Below, piece after piece: positions 26,121-38,171 of a stretch of DNA of 50,764 nucleotides (position 1 is its first letter; the number at the start of each line of letters is the position of its first letter). Source of the stretch: Seison nebaliae (taxonomy: Eukaryota); NCBI GenBank assembly GCA_023231475.1, contig JALJEE010000580.1:1-50764 (forward strand), in the 5' to 3' direction. The translations under genes and the position numbers were made by a program. The notes below the pieces were generated by a model. It had not been told where the DNA came from. It ran no database searches and was given only the letters and a program-made list of their open reading frames with translations.

Positions 26121-26309
26121 ATGGAGCGTGCGAAGCGTAGTGGTCTACGCACGTTCCATGCATTTATGCGAAACAATGCATTCGATACGAAATTATATTG
26201 GGATGTACGTAGCGCAGTGGTCTATGCACGTTCCCAACATCACAACGATTGAGACAGACGTCTCACGAAAGGTAGGGATCTCCTATCACTGACCGTAAGG
26301 AAGGAGATC
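26121..26309. other. Cluster of four GC-rich stem-loops, two of them related copies
   Basis: Hairpins at 26121-26159, 26198-26237, 26250-26265 and 26277-26309. The first two share AGCG(T/C)AGTGGTCTA(C/T)GCACGTTCC. Confidence 0.65.
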
Positions 26310-27439
26310 ACTCAAACAATATTCAATTGCCCGGATTGGGATTTCAAAAAAAAAATGTAAACTTCAGGAAATCAAAGAAGAATATAAAAATTTTAATTAA
26401 CAACGTGACTTTTCAAAAGAACATCATTGGAAATTTTACTCTTCAAATATCCACTCCGATTTTATTCGGATATTGAACATTATTGCCCTATAGAACATTA
26501 TTGGTAACAGAAGAATAAATTGATTATAATAAACGTTACACTATACTCATATAATTAAACGAACATATATTATAAGGAATAATTCAATAATCGATCTAAT
26601 CTAGCACGAACTTCTACTATAAAATTAAGTAAATCTAATCAAAAAAACAACAGAGTACCAAAAAAAATATCGGAATGAGAAATTTAATCTAAAATAGGAA
26701 TGGGATTTATACGAGCATTAAAAATATTATTGTTCTTTGCACTAAAAATTGATATAGGTGGGGTTATTATGATTTCCGTTCCCATCATAATTCTCCTCAT
26801 ATATTTCAATACCCTATACTGACCAATAATCAATAACAACAAAAATAAAATAATGTTTGAAATGTTAACTTTTTATGGAAAATCAATAATAAATGACTAA
26901 TCGTCATAAGAGAATTTATATTATTAGTATAAGACTAATAGTAATAAAGAGTAGTTGAATATGATTGGAAAAGAACAATATATATTGACAGGATAATTAA
27001 GATAATATAACTGATGAATCAAATTCAATAAAAAAATTATTAATCTCTTCAATAAATAATTGTCGGTCTTCCAATTAGGTGAACAGATGAATAATCCTGA
27101 TTTATTACGCCCAATTCATTCATCAGTCAACTATCTTTTTTATTAAAGGACGGTAAGTGTGCATCAATTTATATTAATCTAATCGAAAAATATGGATTGT
27201 AGGTGAGTTACCAGTTGGTTATGAATTTTTTTCATCCAATATCTATTGCTTTCAATTAATTTCCCAATTTTTAAAATTGATCATTTTGCCTAATTTTTTT
27301 AAAATGACCTGAGAAGGATGATTTACAGATTTAAAGGAAAATTAGGTATGAATTTATGATATTTTAAAAAGCTGATTTTTGACATTTTTTGAGGAATAAA
27401 ATTCTGCTCTTGCTGATATGATAGATATGATTATGTGAT

Positions 27440-27665
27440 ATATATTCATCTCACTATGTCGTTCCGTTAATACGATGTTCTTTTTTTACTTCATTGACGC
27501 TTCGATTCTGTGAATATGCAAGAAGGATGGCGTGTTTTAGAAGAGGCAGGTCTTGATTGTTATTGCATAAATTTCATTAAACTTCTATCGACTAACGCCC
27601 AAGGTGCAGTCAGATGGAATTCTTGCTGTTCAAATTTGTTTCCTATTAACAAAGGTGTCAAGGAT
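27440..27665 (+). mobile_element. Non-LTR retrotransposon RT fragment
   Basis: FDSVNMQEGWRVLEEAGLD...INFIKLL...VRWNSCCSNLFPINKGVK matches the RT AFDSV to GVRQG interval and aligns by eye with the RT at 48167-48706. Confidence 0.75.
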
Positions 27666-29103
27666 GCATTTTGGCTCGTTGGTTACAGGGACTCTTTCTA
27701 AATATATTAAAGTAAACGTCATATCTTAAATATTCCTTACAATAAACTACAAAAAATCGATCAATTACCTACAATCAAAAATATGAGTGAAATTCTATCA
27801 TATTCCACGCTTAGAACTAAATGTATGAAGTTACTTAAATTATATTATCATTAAACATATTAACTCGCTAACAGTATTTTTATTATTACATTTTATTATT
27901 GTATATTGACCATTTTTAATTAAAAGGAAAATATTATGCAATTATTCCAAAACAAAAAATATTCAATTCAATCCTTTGACATCACACAAATTTTCACTGG
28001 TAAATAGGATTATTTTTAATTGTATACATACAAGAAATAGATATAAAAACAGCCAAAAAAATTAAGGATGGCAATGAATTAAACCGCTGTAGAAAATTGA
28101 AGTTGTTCTATTTAATCCGGTTTATGGATATAATAAAAAATAATCGATTCATCATAATTATAGTACAATTTATCTATATCTAGTGGGAAGGACAACCGGG
28201 ACGAGAACGGTATACAAATAAGTAATACTTATTAAGAATTTCTTTATAAAAAATAATTCACTTATCTGTATTACGAATAGTAAATGGTAATTGTGATGAA
28301 CAGTAATTTGTTAGGTCATCGAGAAGAATAAAAAAGAGGAGAATGAATTGAAAATGATAATTTAATATTCTTTTCTTCTCATTTGTTGCAATATTAGTGA
28401 TTAATTATTATGAATGTTCCCATAATGAGCATGGTATGAGGGGAAATTTTTTTGGTTTAGCGTGGTACGTATAATTTATAAGTTACTGCGCTGAAATATC
28501 AGTAACGAGAACGGATGGCGATTTGCTTTCATTCCATTTATTTGTCCATCATTCAAATTTTTATTTAGGATTTATCCATTCGTATGATTTCTACAATATT
28601 CTCTGTATTTCTTTTTTATTAGCTAATTATATTATTTTACCTTACAATTTTGTTAGTTAAAATTCTATTCTTCAAACATGGAAACATTGGAAGATGTCAC
28701 TTATTTCGTTTGAAGAGCATTAACTTTCTGACTAATTTACCAGAATTCCTCTTGAAAAAAGGATTACCTTATTGCGTGAGATTTCCACATACGTATTAAT
28801 ATTCGCTGACTCAAACAGGAAACTTTCAAATGTATCAGAGGTAAACAAAAATTTTTCTCTTCTAATTCCTTTTGAACGATCTATAAAATATGATATGTAA
28901 ATATTATTAAGACGAAATGTCCATACCATTTGGATTAGTTAATGTTGTTCAATGATTTTTATTTGTTTCTCGGATGAGAAATTATAGAATTTTCATTCAA
29001 TGATCTCTAGTTTCTCTAGAAGGAAAAAATGGACAAAAAATGGACATAAAACACATTTATTTTAGAGGAAAAGATAATTTGTCTAAAAATTAGAATTGAC
29101 TAT

Positions 29104-30412
29104 TTAAACTGATCTGCAATTTCGTACATAAAAATTTTTGGGTATAGTTTTGTAAACGTTGTCGAATAATTCTTCCACTGCCGGTTCTGATTCTTTTCGG
29201 ACGAATTGTTCTGCTTCCAACATCTCCTCCTTCACCTTCTTTTCTATTTGACGCAATTCATCACCAGTTGCTAATTCGTTTGAGAGAATCTTCTCTTTGA
29301 AAGATACGATTGGATCTCTTGTCCGTCGGACTTCTTGTACTTCCTCTCTCGTTCGATATGAGTTGCCTGGATCACTCATCGAATGTCCCATATATCGATA
29401 GGTAGACATTTCCATTATAATTGGTCCTCGGCCACTTAGACACCATTCTCTAGCAAATTTTGTTGCTGAGCGAACAGCCATCACATCCATTCCATCTACC
29501 AATATACCTGGAATATAATCTCCTCTCGTATAATAGTTAGTGGAAGCGGATGCTCGATCAACTGATGTTCCCATTCCATATCCATTATTCTCACAAATGA
29601 AAATCACAGGTAAATTCCACAATTTTGCCATATTAAACGTTTCAAACACTTGTCCCTGATTAGCAGCGCCATCACCATAAAGTGAGATGCAAACATTATC
29701 CTCATTTCGATATTTGTGAGCCAAGGCAATACCTGCACCTAATGGCACTTGAGCACCTACTATGCCATTTCCACCATAAAAATTCTTCGTATACATATGC
29801 ATAGAACCGCCTTTCCCTCCTGATATTCCACATTTCTTTCCCAGCAATTCACCTAACACTTGAACTGGAGTACCGCCCATCACATACGTCCAACCATGAC
29901 AACGATACGCTGTTACTACGGAATCGTTATTCAATGCCGATTTGATACCAACACATACTGCTTCCTTTAATTGATAATGATATTTGAATAAAATAAAATA
30001 TTAAAATGAACTTGTCCTGAATAGATGTGACAGAATCCACGGACTAATGCTTCTTTATATAATGAGATTGCTGTACTTTCTAATCGTCGCACCGTCACCA
30101 TATCTGTGTACCATTTGAGAGCATCATCTCTTGTACATGTACCTTCTACTTTGGGTCCTTCATCTTCAGATAATAAATGTTTTTTCACTGGCTAATCGAC
30201 CAACTTACACGAAAGAAACATAAAGAAAATGTCAACTTTAAATTCACATTTCATTTCCGTCATCAAATTCATCCGACTCCCATATTGCAAAGGAACAAAA
30301 CATTTTTTCTGTAAATTATTATTGATGAATATATATTCATTTTATAAATTACAGAATGAGAATAAATTCTAACTATCAATTGCTTATGAAAGGAACGTGT
30401 TATTGCCAACAT
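29104..30412 (-). CDS. PDHA1: Pyruvate dehydrogenase E1 alpha subunit, 4 exons
   Basis: [16 protein letters not shown] (intron 29965-30011), [29 protein letters not shown] motif, [12 protein letters not shown] phospho-loop. The intron 1 donor is ambiguous (GTT or GTA). Confidence 0.97.
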
Positions 30413-30686
30413 GTCTCACGGAGTGACTTACTCAAATGCAATCCTTATCTTCTGGATAAGAATTATATAAGAAATGAGTTAATTTCTCTTCGAATGAGAT
30501 ACCAAATTAAAAGAAATATTCCTGAAAAGTAATCTTAAAAAATTTTAATTTTTTAATTTTTCTTTGGTCGCCATCAAATATTTCGCTTTCATCGTATTAA
30601 TTTCCATATATATTTGTTCGGTTGACTGCAAATAAATTTTCAAAGTTTTTTCTAAAGAAGAAGACATAAATCAAGGACATCATTCA

Positions 30687-31397
30687 ATGAATAATTATCC
30701 ACAATTTGTTTGTTTTGGAGATTCTATTACAGAACGCGGCGAGACTCCTGACGGATGGGTAACATTATTACGATCTCATTTGGTCAGACGATGTGACGTA
30801 ATAAATAGAGGTATGAGTGGATTTAATTCGAAATTTCTCAAAGAAGAAGTTATTGATAAGATTGTTGATAAACCATTAAATTATGTCGCGACTTTACTCA
30901 TCGGTAGTAATGATATTTGTGCCGGTGGTGAGCGATATGTTTCACTAAAAGATTATGAAGAATATTTGAGATGTATTTTAAAACGTCTCTCAGAAACATT
31001 TGAACATGTCATTGTAATGACAATTCCGAGATATTTCAATCCCGATTGGGAAGCATATTTGAAAAAAGAAGGATTACCAGTACTCGATCCACCTCGTTCA
31101 TTGGAAATGGCTATGAAATATAACACGTCACTAAAAGAGATTATCCGTTTGGCCAATGAAGAAAATAAGAATAGTATTGTGACGGTGGATTTGTTTGAAG
31201 AGATGGGTAAATGCAATTGGCGAGAATTATTATGTGATGGTTTACATTTATCTCCACCAGGACAACAATTTGTAGCACAACAAATTCGTAAGGTAATTAA
31301 AGATCACTCGTTTGATATGGTCATTCCTCAATGGAAAGAAATCGCCGATAGAAACAAAGCACAAGAAATGCAAAATAATTTAAAAACAATTATTTAA
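30687..31397 (+). CDS. IAH1: SGNH/GDSL esterase, isoamyl acetate-hydrolyzing esterase 1 homolog
   Basis: FGDSITE, RRCDVINRGMSGFNS, IGSND and DGLHLS catalytic blocks; C-terminal PQWKEI. Confidence 0.92.
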   Translation: MNNYPQFVCFGDSITERGETPDGWVTLLRSHLVRRCDVINRGMSGFNSKFLKEEVIDKIVDKPLNYVATLLIGSNDICAGGERYVSLKDYEEYLRCILKRLSETFEHVIVMTIPRYFNPDWEAYLKKEGLPVLDPPRSLEMAMKYNTSLKEIIRLANEENKNSIVTVDLFEEMGKCNWRELLCDGLHLSPPGQQFVAQQIRKVIKDHSFDMVIPQWKEIADRNKAQEMQNNLKTII

Positions 31398-31600
31398 TAG
31401 AAATTTCATTATTTAATTTTATTTCTGATAAATATAAGATCAACAACGAACAGTCATAATTATTTTAAATATTAATATTTATTTCTCTCCTAGAGAAAAA
31501 TTTAGGAAAAAAAAGAACTCGCACACAATTGGCGAAACATTAAACAATTATTTTACAAGTATAATTTGATTCAATTTATGATTCAATCTGTTCAATTTTG

Positions 31601-33046
31601 TTATCGGCTAATATTCCATTCTAAAGTCTTAAGAAATTCATCTTCGGTAAATTGAATAACTTTCGATGTTTCCAATAACATCTTGAAAAAGAGTTGAAAT
31701 AAAAATAGAGAGAAGAATTGGGGGAAATTATAACTTTTTGTCTATTCAAAATATCGATCAGTTTCTGTTGCTTTTTAAATATTTGAAGTAATTCATTCTT
31801 CTTATTTTCCAATTTGAGATTTTGCTGTTTTAGTTCACTAATTTGATTTCGATCTTCATTCATTGTATCATGTTTATCATTTGAATTCATCTTTATCCTT
31901 TCTTTACATCTGAAATCGATAAGTTATCGGGAAATATAATTATTCTTCTAAAAAATCTAATAACTTTGCAAGTTCCTCCAAAGTTCTCTTCAATCGAATC
32001 TCTGTTGATCCACTATCTTGTTCCTTCTTCCTTTGGTCTTTCTTCAAGTTTTCTAAATCCTTTAATTCAACCATATAGTTTAAATGAAAAAAAAATTTCT
32101 GTTAACCTTTTTCAAAATATTAAATTTGATTTCTAATTCTTTCTCAGAATTTTGATAATTTTGGTTAATTTTAGTTAGTCGCTCTATTTCAATCGTTTTT
32201 ACTTTCAATTTCTGCTCAAATTTATCTTTATCCGATTTCAATTCTTTTATGATGGCTGCACTTTTCGCAGTGTTCTCATGAGTTTGAAGTGAAGTTGAAC
32301 GAATCTTATTGAGTTCATTGCGTAGAACTAGAATTTTCGCTTTCAGAAATCTTATTTGACTTTCTAAAGATTTTGAAGAATAGAATGTGAAAAAGTATTT
32401 GTAGATCAAACCAGTTCCCATATTCGTGGCAGTTGGAGGAAGAATATCTTCATCAAAAATATCATTGTCGTTAATTGATTGAGATCTGTTATTTTTGATT
32501 CGATTGGATGATGTTGGTGGGTGGCCATTCCTCAAGGAATTAGGTCTTGATGATTTACTTTTCGATACTGCAGGTTTCTCCATCGTCCCAGTATCTAATG
32601 ATAATAAGTCCATCATTTTAGTTGTATATGAATTATCATAATTTATTTCACTATTCCTTCAAAAATTTTCATATTTAATTCAGTTAAGTAATAGAAGAAC
32701 TTTCCGACAGATTCTTTTAAGAAACTATAAAATAATTTATATAATATAACAAAATAATAAAACATCTAACTGTTCATCAAACAATTTATTATCCACCAAT
32801 AGCGCCTCTTGTTTTTTCTAAAATTAATTTTTTCAAATAAAATATCAAAAATTTGGAAATAATTTTTCTAACTAGCATATCATCCGTTTCCTGGATAATA
32901 TTCGCCGTCTTTTTTTCAAGATCGTCATTTAGTTTCCTTTAATTTAATTCCAATTTTACGTTAATTAAAACTTAAATTTAATTTCAAAACCGATATGCTT
33001 CCTCGCGCTCTTCTAACGTCATCTCATCACTGCCCATTTTCGACAT
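31601..33046 (-). CDS. TEX9: Testis-expressed protein 9 (ciliary coiled-coil), 9 exons including a 24-nt exon at 32701-32724
   Basis: EREEAYR|KLNDDLEKKT, MGT|ESQIRFLKAK, EIRLKRTLEE, FKKQQKLIDILNRQK|MLLETSKVIQFTEDEFLKTLEW. Confidence 0.9.
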
Positions 33047-33875
33047 TTCATATTGCTAATTTTCACCATGACAACGATTAAGATAATCTCTTCGCTTACC
33101 GATTAATCAAATGTCATAAATTAATCATATTTAAATTTTTAGTTTTTCCAACATATTTTATCATTTTACTTGATAAACAAAAGATTGCTAAATTAAAGTG
33201 TAGCAGTTAGTTCGAGAGATAAACGAAATGATTAAAAAGTTCTTCAAATCGAAATCCTGTTTCCCATATTTTTTTCTCTTTAAATGGTTTTTCTCTATTT
33301 AGTACGAAAGCACTTATTTTAAACTGACAGAATTATAACAAGAGAACCTAAATTTTTCTTACAATCAAAAATTCCAAGAATCGACTGTGATTCCGGTAAA
33401 ATTCTCTTTGGTGTGTAATGAGACATATTTTTTTTCTCTTGGAAATTAGCATGCATACTAAAACCACGATTTTAAACACCGTAGTTTTTTCAGAATTTTA
33501 ATTATCAATTTTTTCTTGAGATATTTAAAAATAAAATCTGTAAAATACTGTCTATACGAAGTGAACGAAGTGGCAAGTAATATTATGCTTGAGAATATAT
33601 TTCATAAAGTTATGTAAACTTTTGAGTTAAGATATCAAAGTTGCAATCCATAAATGGATTAAGTATCATAATTTACTTTCGTAGGAAAAATTAACACAAT
33701 CAGTTCGTTATACAATCATCTGATATTGTCCAAAACGAGTTTTATTTTCCATGACATATAAACAATGTAAAGCTAAGATTTACAAATATTCGTGTCTTAA
33801 TTTTTTGTTAGGAATAATGTTAGAATAACATAATTTGTAACTATTATTTTCTGTTTTATAAATTATTATATTATA

Positions 33876-34685
33876 ATGGATATAATTTTGATAATATTGG
33901 TTCTTCTTTGTTTGGTTCCAGTCGGTTATATTATTTACTTCTCATATTATTCGAAAGATCGAGAATTGGAAGCAGTAATTCGTGAACGATTAAGAAATAA
34001 AAATCCACCGAAAGAAAATGTCAGTGAGGACGAAAATGAAAAAAAGGAAACGGAAAATGACATGGTGGGAGAAGGGAAGAAGATAGGAGCAAAGAAACGA
34101 AGGAAAATTGTGGAGAAAGAGATGCGTCGAGAAGAGCGAGAGAGAGAGCAACGTGAACGTGGAGAAAAGAAGAAGAAAGAAGCAGAAAAGAGGAAACAAG
34201 AAGAAGATGAGAGAATTAAGAAGGAATCATTGGCGAAAGAGAAAGAAGAGAAGTTGAAGAAAGAGCGTGAAGAAGAGCAGAAAGCAGAAGAATTAGAATA
34301 TCTCAAGTGGAAATCATCGCTAAATGTAGTGGAGGAAGGTGACGATAATGAAGTATTATCTGATCTCGATACCAAATCAACAATGTATCAACAATTCAAA
34401 AATTTCGTTATTGAAAATAAAATTGTCCGAATTGATGAAATTGCATCTATATTCGGAATGAAGACACATCGAGTTCGAGATGTTATTCAATTAATGGAAT
34501 CGACGAAAGACTTGACAGGATTCTTCGATGACAGAGGCAAATACATTAGTTTGGAGAAAGACAATATTGATTCGATTCTCCATTTCATTAATCGTCGCGG
34601 ACGGTTATCCATTAATGATCTAGCAGAGAAATCGTCAGAAATTATTCAAGTGCCACAACAAACTTTAAATGTCTCTATTGAATAA
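33876..34685 (+). CDS. DDRGK1: DDRGK domain-containing protein 1 (UFBP1), intronless
   Basis: N-terminal TM helix, KKIGAKK, charged coil, EYLKWK...VVEEG, LTGFFDDRGKYI, FINRRGRLSI. Confidence 0.96.
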   Translation: MDIILIILVLLCLVPVGYIIYFSYYSKDRELEAVIRERLRNKNPPKENVSEDENEKKETENDMVGEGKKIGAKKRRKIVEKEMRREEREREQRERGEKKKKEAEKRKQEEDERIKKESLAKEKEEKLKKEREEEQKAEELEYLKWKSSLNVVEEGDDNEVLSDLDTKSTMYQQFKNFVIENKIVRIDEIASIFGMKTHRVRDVIQLMESTKDLTGFFDDRGKYISLEKDNIDSILHFINRRGRLSINDLAEKSSEIIQVPQQTLNVSIE

Positions 34686-34923
34686 TTTTAATATTTAAAC
34701 ATTATACGTATATATATAATCATAAAATTTATCGGTTGTCGTTTCATTTTAACTTCAATCCTAAAATTACTCAAATCATTCTAAAATGCCCGTTTCCAAA
34801 AACAAATAAAAATTATTGAAATCTTTATTTTTTATAATTTCAATATTGTTAGATAAACTGTTGATTAGAATGAGAAAGCATTAGAAAATTTAATATGAAT
34901 TTATTCGTGTGAATGTCATAGTG

Positions 34924-35856
34924 TTATGTGTTGTTATAACCTCTCAACATCTCAATGACCATCCATCTCATAAATCGCATCATAACAATTTCGTACTCTT
35001 TCTTATAAAGAGTTTTTGGCAAGTTGTTGTATAAGGAGTAGAAGAATGCATCGATCATAGGAGGGAAGTATTCAATTCGGAGAGCGTATGCTCGATGTGC
35101 TTTACCCAAATTAAAAAGAATTTTTACTGCCAATCGTTCATCATCGAAATTTTTTACAACGCTTGAAATTAATCGAAATATTCGTCGTCCATGAGTTTTG
35201 AGTTGGGCGAAGTTCTCGATTTTCGACTTATTCTTTCCATCATTCATCGTATGAAATCTCCATATATGTCTCAGATTAGGATAACGCTCGAAAACCCTGA
35301 AATTTAAAAATTTAATAAAAATTTAATATTTCCTCTAAACGACGAACCTCAACATCATATCTAAGCCGTACACTCCCAAATCTCCTGTTTGTACTTCCTC
35401 CCACACTTTGGTGACTACCGCTTTCTCATAATTATTCATGGGACATCGATCCGAATAGTTCAAATGAAATTGTTTAGTTATCATATCAACCGATTTGGGA
35501 CAGTCGATTGGATAGACCAAATACAATTTCGACTTTCTACATGGAATACGATAGTGTTTAATGTTCGGCCGATAAATTTTCTCATTCGGATCTAAATTAG
35601 TCATTTCACTTTGAAAAGAATTTTTAGTTGAGATTGACAGATATTTTATTCGAACTAACCGTTCGGTTTCATAGGAATGGGCGAATTCTTGGAGAATCTG
35701 AGCCGAATCATGTCGAATCTTGATGAGATTTTGTTTTGAACTCGCACTGCTTATCGAGTACTTTTGAGAATGAAGACAACAGTTCATATAAGAAGAATTT
35801 TCCGGGTGAGTTGCTGTTTCATCAATGAACATTGGTGAAACGAGCGCACAACCCAT
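34924..35856 (-). CDS. Globin with long N-terminal extension (globin X/neuroglobin-like), 2 exons (intron 35297-35347)
   Basis: VTKVWEEV (A helix), GLDMMLR|VFERYP (B/C), LKTHGRRIF (distal His E7), LGKAHRAY (proximal His F8), EYFPPM (G helix). Starts MGC. Confidence 0.85.
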
Positions 35857-38171
35857 AATTTATATAGAAATCTATGATTTGAGAAATGAGAAAATGATAA
35901 ATGTCAAATGGAACGACATTAGGTGGCAACATTAGTAATATGTGGGTTGGCAGAAGGAGAATAATATCATACATCCGAAATATAATTAATGAATTGTTAT
36001 GTCTTGTTAGGAAGCATGGATGTACTTCAATGGGAAATGATTGATCGAGTGTAAAATAGTAGTGGAATGTTGGACGGAAAGAATTAAAAGAAATCAATTA
36101 ATTTATTTAATACTAATGATATAGATAAGTAATGAATAGGACGATATCATATTGGCAAATTTGATATCATTCAGGTTATTCGTACGATTATCAAGACTAT
36201 AAAATCAAATAATGAAAGAATTGTTATGGCATCGATGAGATTGAAGAAAAACGAATGAATCGATTGAACATGAGAAAGATATGAAGAATGGAAAATATTT
36301 CATTCCTTATGGCAGTTTATTTTATGAGAATAATGATATTATTACATCAGATTAAAAGAATTGATAAATGTAATGTTCTAATATAATGTTTCATTTCCCT
36401 CATGAATGATTACGGTTGATGATTTAGATTAAGCACTACGACATTCTCCTGCTTTCTAAATATTATACTAAATTTACTTTTTCCTCTAATTCTTCTCAAT
36501 TACCAATTATTTTTGTAAGTTCATCTTACTACTTGTGAGATAATAGGAGGAATTAATGGATACTTGTAGTAAGGAAAAAAATTTAATTTTCGATTAATTC
36601 TTTAAAATGTTATGATGAGGCTTCTTAGAAAAATGGATGTTTCCCATCCTCGGAAAGAACTCATATTCATCTCGTTACATGGAAAAGTATGCGCTGGATA
36701 CATATTAATAATTTTCATTTCAAATGAGATAAGAATTATTAATAATAGACAAGACATAAATAGATATGCAGTACATGGATCAACAAGACGACAGGTAATT
36801 GAATGGTTACTTTCTTCAAATATCACTGAAATCACTAAGGTATGTCAGAGTTTGACTATAAATGACTTCATATTTCTTTCGGTCGGATGGATCTCTATAC
36901 AAAAGATCACTAGCACGAAAAGAAATATGTTGAGGGGAAGAAGTAATGAATGATCGTAGGACGAAACCATTTTCTAGAAAGATTATGACATTTTAAAATG
37001 GCTCTTGAGAAATTGCAGGTATAGGCGAAAACTAATCAGAATCCATCATTGTTCTAACTACCAGAAAGCCATATCTCCATCATTCGCTCCATTACTCATC
37101 TCATTTATCTCATTAAAATTTTTTATCCATCTTACTCGAAATTCATTGAAATTAGAAATGACAATTAAAAAGAATTTTCATAAAGTGAAATGGAAAGAGG
37201 AGGGAGACTTGTTGATAAAACATCCGTTCTATATGAATATTTGATGATCTATTAAGTTCTTCATATTTCTCTTAATTATACGTTCGTACAAACGAGATGG
37301 AATGATAGTCGGTGGAGAAAGAAAGTCTGAAATTAGAATATTTATTAGTTCGAAAACTACAACTTAACTGGATGGTGAATAATGTTCATGAATTGAGACA
37401 TGTCGGACAATAAGATTTATCTTTGAAATATATATTATCATAATGTTAGAGAAAACGAAAATTATTCATTTTAAAAGAATGCCTCATTTTTGTCAGCTTA
37501 TTTCTAATATAAGTTCGAAAAGTAGATCGATATGTATCATAAATGTCTAATAAGTAATGGACGATAACTAAAAAACATATTAAAAGTTTGATAGACAATC
37601 GCGAGAGTAGATCGGAAGAATGATTAAGAATATTGAAAAATCAGTTAGAAATTCTCAGAAATATAGAGGACATTAATTCTTTTTTGATAATATCTCCTCA
37701 GAGCTCTCCTACCTCCTATAAAAGAGTGATGGCTGATATGATTGAGAGACGTGGAACTTCTTGGAAATGAGTGCATTCCTTCCTATCTTATGCATTGAGA
37801 ATGAAAGATTGAATCCAATTCTATTCACTTCTTCTTTTGTTAATGAAAGAAAGGAAGAAATTGTTCGCTATTCCAAAACATCATGCCACAACATAATCGT
37901 ATAAAGAAGATGTTGAGAGATATCAATATGTTTTGATTTCTCCTTAGTCGACGCATATGTCTAGAGATTGTATACGTAATGATGTTCTTCGTCTATTGGA
38001 CGAAAAAGGAGGAGGAGGAGGAGTAAGAGAAGGAGGGAAATGTGAATGAAAGAAAGAATGGATGAGCGACAGAGATGCACTTATTTCTTTTTCTTTTCGA
38101 ATGAATAATATTTGGAATCGAATAAATCTGATTTGAATGAAATAATGAATAAAATTGGAAATGAAATAAGT

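Noticed and set aside
26200..26309. tRNA gene or hammerhead ribozyme
   Set aside because: A D-arm-like motif is present but there is no T-arm (GTTCRA) or cloverleaf; a CGAAA follows a stem but no CUGANGA core precedes it.
28950..29110. Extra PDHA1 3' exon via a GTT donor at the last codon
   Set aside because: Possible, but the unspliced end (VRNCRSV*) already gives a near-normal length and no homology selects an acceptor.
33947..34375. Antisense Ser/Phe-rich ORFs here and at 1414-1710, 7707-8033, 42677-42901, 44550-44819 and 49837-50430
   Set aside because: Shadow frames of real genes with biased codon usage on the opposite strand.
36602..37244. Short ORFs between the globin and EHD
   Set aside because: No recognisable motifs or consistent exon chain; composition looks non-coding.
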